DNA of 64,000 nucleotides from Longimicrobiales bacterium. Lineage in GTDB: Bacteria; Gemmatimonadota; Gemmatimonadetes; Longimicrobiales; Gaopeijiaceae. A model generated the notes under the pieces. The model made no database searches, had not been told where the DNA came from, and worked only from the letters and a program-made list of their open reading frames with translations. The stretch spans positions 512,001 through 576,000 of the forward strand of contig JAWLHJ010000003.1 in the NCBI GenBank assembly GCA_041690395.1, read 5' to 3'. Within the stretch, counting starts at the first letter, position 1. Each line of letters begins with the position of its first letter. Shown one piece after another: positions 20,525 to 28,908 of the stretch. Made by a program: the position numbers and the translations under genes.

Positions 20525-20986
20525 ATGTTGCAGACGACGAAGGGGCGGAACCGGTGGGTGGGGAAGCTGGCGGCGGTGGCGTGCATCGCAGTGCTGGCCG
20601 GCGCGTGCGACGACGACCCGGTGGCACCGGATCCGGTCGTGTACGAGGGAGAAGTCGAGGGTGTGGGGGACTTCGGGGAGTTGAGCGGTGAGGTCGCCTT
20701 CGAGGTGACCGGCACGACGGTGGACGTCTCCGTGAGCCTCGCCGACTACCCGGACCAGGGTGACGGCTTCCCCTGGATCCTGCGCGAGGGGAGCTGCGCG
20801 ACGCCAGGAGACGCCCTGGGCGAGCTCGACGACTACCCGCTCATCGAGCTCGACGAGGAAGGCGTGTGGAGCGACGAGGTGACGGCGTCCATCGATGAAG
20901 AGGAGGACAGCTACGTCTTCGAGCTGCGCCGCTCCGCCGAGGACGACGCGACCGTCATCGCGTGCGGGGACCTCGCCCGCACGTGA
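20525..20986 (+). CDS. Acidic lipoprotein with a Cu/Zn-SOD-like/CHRD-like fold
   Basis: LAGA-C lipobox. PWILREGSC...IACGDL pattern. AGGAG RBS. Confidence 0.6.
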   Translation: MLQTTKGRNRWVGKLAAVACIAVLAGACDDDPVAPDPVVYEGEVEGVGDFGELSGEVAFEVTGTTVDVSVSLADYPDQGDGFPWILREGSCATPGDALGELDDYPLIELDEEGVWSDEVTASIDEEEDSYVFELRRSAEDDATVIACGDLART

Positions 20987-21156
20987 GCGCGGGGACGCGG
21001 CGCGGGAGGGAGATCCTCCCGCGCCGGCGCTCCCTACGCCGGCACCGCCCCGATGGCACGGCGCTGCCGAACGTGACCGTGTCGCAACGCTGGCGCGTTC
21101 CCCGCAACACGGCTGCAGGGCCGTGCGCGGCCCCTTCCCATTCCAGGGGGTTCATC

Positions 21157-21579
21157 ATGACATGCGAGCTGTCCGAGACCGACCGCCGGTTCCGACGCGA
21201 CTTCGAAGCGGGCCTGGTCGAGCCTCACGAATTCGACCACATGGCTCACGTGCGCTTGGCGTACACGTACCTGGCCGAAGCCCCTCCCGACGCGGCAGCG
21301 GCCCGCATGCGGGCCGCCCTCTCGGACTTTCTTCGCCGTCACGGGCTTGGGCCCTCGAAGTACCACGAGACGCTGACGCGGGCATGGGTCCTCGCGGTTC
21401 GACACTTCATGGAAGCGTCTCCCGACACGCCCTCGGCCGACGGGTTCCTGGAAGCGAACCCTACCCTCCTGGACCGGGACGTCCTGCTCCGCCACTACTC
21501 CTCGAGCGTTCTTTCCTCGGAGCGCGCACGCGGCGAGTTCGTGGAACCCGACCTCGCGCCGATCCCCAGGTATCCCTGA
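21157..21579 (+). CDS. Conserved hypothetical protein (FDHxxH / YHETLT motif)
   Basis: FDHMAHVRLAY, KYHETLTRAW, YSSSVLSSERARGEFVEPDL. Confidence 0.7.
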   Translation: MTCELSETDRRFRRDFEAGLVEPHEFDHMAHVRLAYTYLAEAPPDAAAARMRAALSDFLRRHGLGPSKYHETLTRAWVLAVRHFMEASPDTPSADGFLEANPTLLDRDVLLRHYSSSVLSSERARGEFVEPDLAPIPRYP

Positions 21580-21589
21580 CGCGGCGCTC

Positions 21590-22774
21590 CTACCCCACCC
21601 AGTGCTCCACAGGCTTCGCAAGGAACTCCTCCACGGGGATCCCGTCTCCGCCCACCACGAGCACGCGGTCAGCGTCGAACCGCCGGCGGAAGGACTCGAG
21701 GCCGGAGCGTCTGGCGGCCGCGCCGGTGCTCTTGACCTCGATCGCGGTCAGGGTGCGCCGGTGCTCCACCACGAAGTCCACCTCCTCGTCCCGGTCGCGC
21801 CAGTAGTACACGTCGCACGTGCCGCCGAGGGCCGCGTTGACCAGATGCGCGCCCACCGCCGACTCCACGAGCCGTCCCCACCACGCCTTGTCGGCCCGGG
21901 CCTCATCCGCATCATAGCCGGACTGGGCCGATACCAGCGCGGTGTTGAACACCTGGAGCTTGGGACTGGAGGCACGGCGCCGTACGTGCTCTCCGGCATA
22001 CTTCTGAAGGCCGGTGACCATTCCCGCTCGAGACAACAGGTCGAGGTAGTGGGCAAGCGTCGTGGTGTTTCCCGCATCCTGGAGTTGGCCGAGCATCTTG
22101 TTGTAGGACAGGATCTGGCCGGAATACCGGCAGCCCAGGTCGAAGAGCCTTCTCAGGAGGGCGGGCTTGTCGACACGGGTCAGCAGGAGCACATCCCGCG
22201 CGAGGGTGGTCTCGATGAGGGACTCCCGGATGTAGCGGGCCCAACGATCCGAGTCGTCGATGAGCGGCGCGGCGCCCGGATACCCTCCGAAGAAGACGTG
22301 CTGCTGGAAGCCCCAACCGAAGGCCTCGGCCATCTCCGTCATCCCCCAATGCGGGAGGTGGATGATCTCGAAGCGACCGGCCAAGCTCTCGGTCAGTCCC
22401 ATCTCGATCAGCCACGGAGCCGATCCGAGTAGGACCACCTTGAGCTTGCTCCCGGCGCCGGTATCCTCGTCCCAGAGTCGCTTCACCGACTCCGCCCACC
22501 CGGCGGCCTTCTGGACCTCGTCGATGACCAGCACCCCCGCACCACGGCCCGCCTCGAGACGGGCGGCGTGCCACTGCTCCGCGAGCCAACCCTCGCCCCG
22601 TAGCGTCGGCTCGTCGGCGGACGCGAAGCGGACGGGCACGCCGGTGCCACGGACGACCTGGCGGACCATGGTGGTCTTGCCCACCTGACGCGGGCCGGCT
22701 ACGACCTGGATGAACCGGCGCGGCTCCGCCAGGCGGCGGGCGAGGACTTCTGCCTGGGGACGTGTGTAGGTCAC
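21590..22774 (-). CDS. AAA_14 ATPase with C-terminal DUF4143 (PD-(D/E)xK-like) domain
   Basis: GPRQVGKTT, VIDEVQ, ESLAGR, GGYPG, EVDFVV...AIEVKS. Confidence 0.9.
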   Translation of the reverse strand: MTYTRPQAEVLARRLAEPRRFIQVVAGPRQVGKTTMVRQVVRGTGVPVRFASADEPTLRGEGWLAEQWHAARLEAGRGAGVLVIDEVQKAAGWAESVKRLWDEDTGAGSKLKVVLLGSAPWLIEMGLTESLAGRFEIIHLPHWGMTEMAEAFGWGFQQHVFFGGYPGAAPLIDDSDRWARYIRESLIETTLARDVLLLTRVDKPALLRRLFDLGCRYSGQILSYNKMLGQLQDAGNTTTLAHYLDLLSRAGMVTGLQKYAGEHVRRRASSPKLQVFNTALVSAQSGYDADEARADKAWWGRLVESAVGAHLVNAALGGTCDVYYWRDRDEEVDFVVEHRRTLTAIEVKSTGAAARRSGLESFRRRFDADRVLVVGGDGIPVEEFLAKPVEHWVG

Positions 22775-22778
22775 AATT

Positions 22779-22818
22779 TACTCAGTATGGTGAGTAGTTT
22801 TACTCAATATGCTGAGTA
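22779..22818. promoter_or_regulatory. Two tandem 18-bp palindromes TACTCA-N6-TGAGTA
   Basis: 22779-22796 and 22801-22818, directly upstream of the AAA_14 start codon. Confidence 0.75.
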
Positions 22819-22856
22819 CTACGGCCATGTCCAGTGACTCGTCCCGCCAGAAGATC

Positions 22857-25526
22857 CTACTCCTCCCGCAGCGCCTCCGTCGGCGCGATGCGCGTCGCCC
22901 GCAGCGCCGGCACGAGCGAGGCCGCCGTCCCGACCAGCAGGAGCCCCAGGGGGAGCACGGTGAACGTGACCGGATCGTTCTCCGAGACGCCGAACAGGAG
23001 CGAGGCCACCAACTCGCGGGCGAACCACGCCCCCGAGAGCCCGAGCAGGAGCCCCAGCACGACGGGCCGCACGCCCTCCCCGACGATCATGCGCGTGACG
23101 GCGTGCCGCCCGGCGCCCAGGGCCACGCGGATCCCGATCTCGCGGGTGCGACCGGCGACCGAGTACGACACGACGCCGTAGATACCCACGGCGGCGAGGA
23201 CGAGCGCGATCGCCGCGAACAGAACGAGGAGCGTGGTCACGAGCCGGGTGTCGGCATAGGCCGCGGTCACGGTCTCCTCGAGGGTGGTCACGTCATAGAG
23301 CGGGAGGTCGGCGTCGAAGTCCGCGACGGCACGGCGCACGGCCTCGTTCACGGTCTCCGGTCCGAGGGGGCTCCGCACGGCGACCTGATAGGTGCGGGGG
23401 AAGCCGTAGGCCGAGATCCCCGATTGGTGCGCCGGGAGATACACCTGCGGATTCGCGGCCTGGTCCACGCGGGTGTTCACCTGATCGGGGACGACGCCGA
23501 CCGCGGTGATCCACGTGGTCGCCGAGTCTCCCGTCGGATAGGCCCACCGCTTTCCGACGGCGCTCTCCCCGGGCCAGAAGGTCCGGGCCATGGTCTCGCT
23601 GACGATGCCCACCATGGCCCCGTCGGCGCGGTCGGCTTCGGTGAAGCCCCGCCCCTCCAGCACCGGGATCCCCAGGGCCTCGAAATAACCCGGGAGCACG
23701 AGGGCGATCTCCGCGCTCCAGGCCTGGTCCCCCTCCTCGCGAGGTGGACGGTCGTCGAGGAGGAAGTCCCACCGGGACGAGCTCCTCGAGTAGGGGAGCG
23801 CCGAGCTGGCGGCCACCGCGGTCACGCCCGGCAACGCCCGGAGGGACTCCACCATGCGGCCCATGTCCTCCGGCGCCTCGTCGTCCTCGGGATAGGACGC
23901 GGCCGGGAGGCTGACGGTGAACGTGAGGACGTTCTCCACCTCGAGTCCGGGATCGGCGGCGGTGAGCGCGGCCATGGTCCGGCCCATGAGCCCCGCCACG
24001 ATGACCACCACGAGCCCGAGGGCCACCTCACCCGTCACGAGCGCACGGCGCAACCTGGAGCGGGCGCGGCTCCCCGTGGACCGCGAGCCGGCCACGGCGA
24101 CCGACCGAGCGACCTTCCGACTCGCGAGGAGCGCCGGCGCCACGCCGAAGAGAAGGGTGGTCGCCACCGCCGCGGCCAGAGCGAAGAGGAGGACCGTGCC
24201 GTCCACCTGCACCTGGTCCAGCCGCGGAAGCGCGCCCGGATCCATGGCGATGAGCAGCCGCGTCCCGCCATACGCCAGAGCCAGGCCCAGCACGGCGCCA
24301 CCCGCCGCCAGAAGAAGCGACTCGGTCACCAGCTGCCGCGTGATGCGGCCGGCACCGGCCCCGAGGGCCGCCCGCACCGCCACCTCCGCGTGCCTGCGCT
24401 CACCCCGCGCCAGCAGGAGGTTGGCCACGTTGGCGCATCCGATGAGGAGGACCAACCCGACCGCGACCGAGAGGGAGAGCAGGATGCCCGGCGCGTCACC
24501 CAGCATATCCGCCTTCAGCGTCGCGGCCCAGGCGAAGTGAGCCACATTGTGCTCGAACTCCTGGGCCCATCGGTCTCCGATCAGGGTGAGCTCCGCGTCC
24601 AGGTCGGCCTGGGTCACCCCGGCTTGCCTGCGCCCCACCGCGCCCCACCCGTGGGCGCCCCGCCCGTAGCCCGACGCGGCCGCACGGTCGATCCCGAGGG
24701 GCAGATACGCTTCGGCCATCCCCGGAAACGCGAAGCCCCCGGGCATGACGCCCACCACCCGCGTGGCCTCACCGTTCACGTCGAGGGAGGTCCCGACCAC
24801 CTGCGGGTCGCCCCCGAACCGGCGCTGCCAGAGGTCGTGCCCCAACACGATGACCGGCGCCGCACCCGGGGTGTCGTCCTCGGCGGTGAACCACCGTCCG
24901 TGCAGGGGCGTCACGCCGAGAACGGGAAACATGTCCCGGGAGAAGAGCCCCACGGCCACGCGCTCGGCCTCGGCGCCGTCTCCGGTGAGCGTGCGGGTGG
25001 AGTTCGTCCACATCCCCAGGCGCTCGAAGCCTCGCACGCCCTCCTGGATGTCGTAGAACTCCGGCACCGAGAGGAAGAACTTCTCGATGTCGAAGCCGGA
25101 GGCCGGGAGGTACCGGGTCCAGACGATGGAGAGGCGGTCGGGCTCGGGATACGGTAGGGGCCGGAGCAGCACGGCGTTCAGGACGCTGAACACGGCCGTG
25201 CCCGCTCCGATGGCCACGGCGAGGGTCAGCACCGCGGTGGTCGCGAAGGCCGGCGCCCGGCGGAGCTGTCGCCATGCGAAGGCCAGGTTCTGCCGCGTCT
25301 CGTCCCAGAGGTGCCCTATCGTCGTCTTCATCTCCCGTCCCCTCCCCTGTTGGCGCATCCTCGCCTTCACCCGGTCCAGGTCCCCGAGGCGGCGCAGCGC
25401 CTCGGCCCGGGCGTCGTCTTCACTCCACCCCTGCCCGACCAGCTCCCTCACACGCATGTCCACGTGGAAGCGGAGCTCCTCCTCCACCTCCCGGTCCAGG
25501 GACGGACGCTCGATGCGCGGGTCCAC
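22857..25526 (-). CDS. ADOP-family duplicated permease
   Basis: EEELRFHVDMR prefix, LLIGCANVANLLL, GIYGVVSYSVAGRTREIGIRVALGA. Confidence 0.92.
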   Translation of the reverse strand: MDPRIERPSLDREVEEELRFHVDMRVRELVGQGWSEDDARAEALRRLGDLDRVKARMRQQGRGREMKTTIGHLWDETRQNLAFAWRQLRRAPAFATTAVLTLAVAIGAGTAVFSVLNAVLLRPLPYPEPDRLSIVWTRYLPASGFDIEKFFLSVPEFYDIQEGVRGFERLGMWTNSTRTLTGDGAEAERVAVGLFSRDMFPVLGVTPLHGRWFTAEDDTPGAAPVIVLGHDLWQRRFGGDPQVVGTSLDVNGEATRVVGVMPGGFAFPGMAEAYLPLGIDRAAASGYGRGAHGWGAVGRRQAGVTQADLDAELTLIGDRWAQEFEHNVAHFAWAATLKADMLGDAPGILLSLSVAVGLVLLIGCANVANLLLARGERRHAEVAVRAALGAGAGRITRQLVTESLLLAAGGAVLGLALAYGGTRLLIAMDPGALPRLDQVQVDGTVLLFALAAAVATTLLFGVAPALLASRKVARSVAVAGSRSTGSRARSRLRRALVTGEVALGLVVVIVAGLMGRTMAALTAADPGLEVENVLTFTVSLPAASYPEDDEAPEDMGRMVESLRALPGVTAVAASSALPYSRSSSRWDFLLDDRPPREEGDQAWSAEIALVLPGYFEALGIPVLEGRGFTEADRADGAMVGIVSETMARTFWPGESAVGKRWAYPTGDSATTWITAVGVVPDQVNTRVDQAANPQVYLPAHQSGISAYGFPRTYQVAVRSPLGPETVNEAVRRAVADFDADLPLYDVTTLEETVTAAYADTRLVTTLLVLFAAIALVLAAVGIYGVVSYSVAGRTREIGIRVALGAGRHAVTRMIVGEGVRPVVLGLLLGLSGAWFARELVASLLFGVSENDPVTFTVLPLGLLLVGTAASLVPALRATRIAPTEALREE

Positions 25527-25538
25527 GACCGGTCTCCG

Positions 25539-25874
25539 TCAGCCTGTTCCGAGCACCCGGCTCACCGCGCCCGAGAACGACGCCCACGCCTCGATCTCGG
25601 CCTCCAGACGGGCCCGCCCCTTGCGGGTAAGGTGGTAGAACTTCGCTCGGCGCTCGAGCTCGGAGACGCCCCACTCGGAGCGGAGAAGGCCCTTCTTCTC
25701 CATCCGATACAGGGCCGGGTAGAGCGAGCCCTCCTCCACCCTGAGCGCCTCGTCGGTCTCCTCCTCCAGCCAGCGGGCGATGGCGTAGCCGTGGCGAGGT
25801 CCGTGAGAGAGCGTCTTCAGGATGAGCGTGTCCAGCGTCCCGTGCAGGAGCTGGTTCCGTTCCCGCGGCGTCAT
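25539..25874 (-). CDS. PadR-family regulator (acidobacterial type)
   Basis: LLHGTLDTLILKTL..HGYAIARW..EGSLYPALYRME..RRAKFYHLT. Confidence 0.93.
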   Translation of the reverse strand: MTPRERNQLLHGTLDTLILKTLSHGPRHGYAIARWLEEETDEALRVEEGSLYPALYRMEKKGLLRSEWGVSELERRAKFYHLTRKGRARLEAEIEAWASFSGAVSRVLGTG

Positions 25875-25887
25875 GGCGGCTCCGTTA

Positions 25888-25935
25888 CCTAGGTTATCTA
25901 GGCTATAGACTAGACTGTCTAGGCATCGGGGTCAA
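25888..25935 (-). promoter_or_regulatory. Sigma70-type promoter overlapped by two CTAG-N5-CTAG operators
   Basis: TTGACC (25930-35)-17 bp-TAGTCT (25907-12). Palindromes CCTAGGTTATCTAGG and CTAGACTGTCTAG, 21 bp apart. Confidence 0.75.
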
Positions 25936-26007
25936 GTTTGACGGATTGCACCCAGTGAAGTGCCGGGGCCGACCCGACGGCCGGCCCCGGTCCGGGGCCG
26001 TCGCGGG

Positions 26008-26856
26008 TCAGTCCGTGAGCCGCTCGTCGGTGCGCTCGCTCGACGGTGCGCCCTGCTTCACCTCCCGGGTCACATCCTCGGCCAGGGATCCGGCTTCGTC
26101 CTTCACCACGTCCGCGGCCGCACCCATGGCTTCATCCTCCCACCTGCTCGTGGGCGCGGCGAGTCCACTCGCCAGTCCCAGGCCGAACGCGACCGCACCC
26201 AGCGCCAGAGGCTGCTCGTCCATCGCGGATCGCAGACCGTGCCTGGCTTTCTCCACACCGCGCCTGGCGCCTTTCCGTGCCCGGGCCGCCGCATGCCGGG
26301 CCCGCTCCGCCGTCTCGCCCGCTCCGTCGCCTTCCTCGGTGCCGTACCAGGCGGGGGCTTCGCCGTTGCCGGAATCGTCCTCGTCCGACGATCCGAAGCT
26401 GTCCTTGGCGTCGGCCAGCATCCCTTTGGCCTTCTCGGCCACTTCCGACGCCTTCTGTTTCGCCTTGTCCATGGAGGACGGCTCTGGCGACTTGTGGGCC
26501 GTATCGCCCCGATAGGGCCCTACGCGTCCCTCGGCGCGCCCATAGGTCCCCGGACCGACCCCACCATCCCGGGCATCCTCCCGATCCGAGCCCGTGACGC
26601 TGTCGACGGCCAACCACGCGACACCGAGTCCCATCAGGGCCAGCGGGACCGGATGGTCACGGATCGTGTGCCCGAGGTTCGAGACCGCGTCGCCCGCCGC
26701 CCGACGTCCGCCGACACGTCCCCACACCTCGTCGACGACCTGACCCAGCGAGAGCTTCCGCTCGAGGGCCGTGACCGTGTCGCGCAGCTCCGTACGCGTC
26801 CCCTCTATGTCGCGCCGGATCTCGTCGGAGCTCCGGTGAGTCTGTCGCTCAGCCAT
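26008..26856 (-). CDS. DUF3618-domain protein
   Basis: DEIRRDIEGTRTELRDTVTALERKLS, HPVPLALMGLG, EQPLALGAVAFGLG. Confidence 0.8.
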   Translation of the reverse strand: MAERQTHRSSDEIRRDIEGTRTELRDTVTALERKLSLGQVVDEVWGRVGGRRAAGDAVSNLGHTIRDHPVPLALMGLGVAWLAVDSVTGSDREDARDGGVGPGTYGRAEGRVGPYRGDTAHKSPEPSSMDKAKQKASEVAEKAKGMLADAKDSFGSSDEDDSGNGEAPAWYGTEEGDGAGETAERARHAAARARKGARRGVEKARHGLRSAMDEQPLALGAVAFGLGLASGLAAPTSRWEDEAMGAAADVVKDEAGSLAEDVTREVKQGAPSSERTDERLTD

Positions 26857-27337
26857 GCCGTACCTCCCGTACCTGCTGCTGGACCCAGTTCTTCTCCTCG
26901 CGGAGTGTCCGCATCGTCTGGGTCGGAGTGAGCCCCTCGCGCTTCATCTCGCTCTGCGCGTTGCGGGTCATGCCCCAACCGGTCACCCCGGCGACCAGCG
27001 CGAGAATCAGTGGCGCCATCCAGACCGCCACCTCCGCGGTCATGAACTGGCCCAGAAGGACGGTGAGGCCACGATTCACCGCGACGAGCAGGACGAAGAA
27101 GGCACCGAGTAGCATGGCGCCCCCCACCACCATCTTCACCGTATTGCGCTCGTAGACCTCCATCTTCTCCCGGAGCTCGGCCTTGGCGAGTTGGACCTCT
27201 TCTCGAATGAGGCGGCCACCTTCGTCACCCAGCTCCTTGATGAGACTCCCGAGGGATCGATCGTCGACGGGTCGGAGATACGGTTGCGTCTCACCGTTAC
27301 CGGTGCTGACCGGGGTCCGATCCTGGGGGCGTGCCAT
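26849..27337 (-). CDS. Phage_holin_3_6 (DUF1469)-like membrane protein
   Basis: RSLGSLIKEL..LIREEVQLAKAEL, two TM segments, PTQTMRTLREE. Confidence 0.8.
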   Translation of the reverse strand: MARPQDRTPVSTGNGETQPYLRPVDDRSLGSLIKELGDEGGRLIREEVQLAKAELREKMEVYERNTVKMVVGGAMLLGAFFVLLVAVNRGLTVLLGQFMTAEVAVWMAPLILALVAGVTGWGMTRNAQSEMKREGLTPTQTMRTLREEKNWVQQQVREVRHG

Positions 27338-27831
27338 CAGCGCCTCCCCTCGTACAGAGGTGACGACGGATACTCGTCCCACAAGCTGGCTCCATCGGGA
27401 CCGCCGTTCCGTCGGTCAGGTCCCTCCTCGGGACGAGACGAGCGGAGGAAGCGACCGGCCGCGACTCCGGCGGCGAACGACGTCCCGAGGAACGTTCCCG
27501 GATTCTTCCGGGCCATGTCCTCGAGGTCCGCCAGCATCGCGGGCGCGTCTTCGTCATGGAGATACTGGGTCACGCGCTCGAGCTGACCGGCTGCCCGTCG
27601 GGTGTAGTCGGCGAGCCAGTCCTGGCCTTCGCCTTCGAGGTCCTCGGCCGCGAGCCTCATCGCGTGCCCGACCGACTCCAGTCCGTCCGCGAGCTTGGTC
27701 GATCGACGATCGATCGCGCCCTCGGCGGCCTGCTTGACCTGGTCGGCGACCTCCCTGCCCTGGACCTTCAGGTCTCTCACCTCGTCCTTCACCATCGCTT
27801 TGGCTCGGTCGGGTGGGTGCTGATCTGCCAT
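27337..27831 (-). CDS. Stress-associated hypothetical protein (first gene of the DUF3618/holin-like operon)
   Basis: LEDMARKNPGTFLGTSFAAGVAAGRFLRSS. GGAGG RBS. Confidence 0.7.
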   Translation of the reverse strand: MADQHPPDRAKAMVKDEVRDLKVQGREVADQVKQAAEGAIDRRSTKLADGLESVGHAMRLAAEDLEGEGQDWLADYTRRAAGQLERVTQYLHDEDAPAMLADLEDMARKNPGTFLGTSFAAGVAAGRFLRSSRPEEGPDRRNGGPDGASLWDEYPSSPLYEGRR

Positions 27832-28101
27832 GGGACCCTCCTGGTTCGCATCGATTTTTTGAAGCGCGTGGGAGCTACGTAGCGCAAGAAGGGGACCATG
27901 CATCGGACGGGTTCCGGACTCGGGTTTCGGCGAGGGAACGGCAGTGCGAAGCGTTCGAGGGACGCGACGAGTGGACCCCCGACTGTACCGCGCATGCACC
28001 ACTCCCCGGAGCCCGACGACGCCTCGACCGAGCTCGGGTGGGGGTCTGGACGAGCGAGACCCCGGTCGAGGGCATCGCCTCGACCGGGGCCTCCTCCGTC
28101 T

Positions 28102-28800
28102 CTAGTGGGCGTGGGCCGCGCCCTGATGGTGGGCGCAGGTGGCGTTCGGGTTGAACTGGGCGAACATCCCCCGAGGATTCTCCCGGTACAGCCACACGTG
28201 GAGGTCGTAGTGCGGCTCGAACATGTGCGCCTCGTCCAGAGCGGTGGCGGGATCGTCCGCCATGAGGTTGTACGGCACCCCCTGGAAGGACGGACGCTCA
28301 TGGTTGCCGGCCGCCTCCCAGGCCTCGATGAACACGAGGTTCTCCACCGCCACGAGCTCCCGGGAGCCGTCGGCCTGAGGCTCGTAGATGAGGATCGAGG
28401 GCCGCAAGAAGTCCGTGTGCGTTCCGGTCCCGCTCACACGTGGGTTGGGAGGGCCTGACACGCCGAGGAGGTCCGGGCGGAAGTAGTGGATGCCCATGAC
28501 CCCGTCCTCGGCGGGCCGGCCCATCATCTCGGCTGTGTCACACAGGTCCATGGGGTCCGGCACGTACCCCTCGGCCAGGGCGACCTGGACGTCGCGGAAG
28601 CGGAGGGTGGCCTCCCGCACGGCCTCCAGGCTCGGATCGGCGGTGGGACGAGCAGCCGCTTCCGGGGCATCCGCCGCGAGTCCGGAGCGGGACAGTTCCG
28701 GCTCTCGCGCATCGGAAGGCGTGCAGGCAGCGAGCGCCGTGAGGGCGAGGAGCACACGGCCCACCGGCATGATGAATCGAGATGTGGTGTTGCTGTTCAT
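28102..28800 (-). CDS. His-rich hypothetical lipoprotein
   Basis: LAA-C lipobox. MGIHY, LIYEP, LVAVE, LHVWLYRENPRGMFAQFNP. Confidence 0.8.
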   Translation of the reverse strand: MNSNTTSRFIMPVGRVLLALTALAACTPSDAREPELSRSGLAADAPEAAARPTADPSLEAVREATLRFRDVQVALAEGYVPDPMDLCDTAEMMGRPAEDGVMGIHYFRPDLLGVSGPPNPRVSGTGTHTDFLRPSILIYEPQADGSRELVAVENLVFIEAWEAAGNHERPSFQGVPYNLMADDPATALDEAHMFEPHYDLHVWLYRENPRGMFAQFNPNATCAHHQGAAHAH

Positions 28801-28862
28801 GGAATCCTCCCATGTCGTCTATATGGATGTCGTACCGGGCCCCTGCCCGCGCACGTGACTCG

Positions 28863-28908
28863 ATGCTAGAAGGGAGGCGGTTACAGCCCGATTACTGGGG
28901 GATTACCG
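28863..28908 (-). promoter_or_regulatory. Three GTAA direct repeats at 11-bp phase upstream of a TAGCAT -10 (SARP-type site)
   Basis: TTAC at 28881, 28892 and 28903 on the + strand. ATGCTA at 28863-68. Confidence 0.6.

Noticed and set aside
21053..21068. Sigma54 site TGGCACGGCGCTGCC
   Set aside because: GG-GC spacing is 9 rather than the required 10.
22809..25157. Long antisense ORFs (also 1014-2663, 29107-30834, 49042-51423, 59214-61181)
   Set aside because: Shadow frames typical of high-GC DNA opposite or overlapping well-supported genes, with R/G/P-biased composition and no motifs.
26849..27337. Holin indicating a prophage
   Set aside because: Non-phage DUF1469-type stress-operon context, with no endolysin or structural genes.
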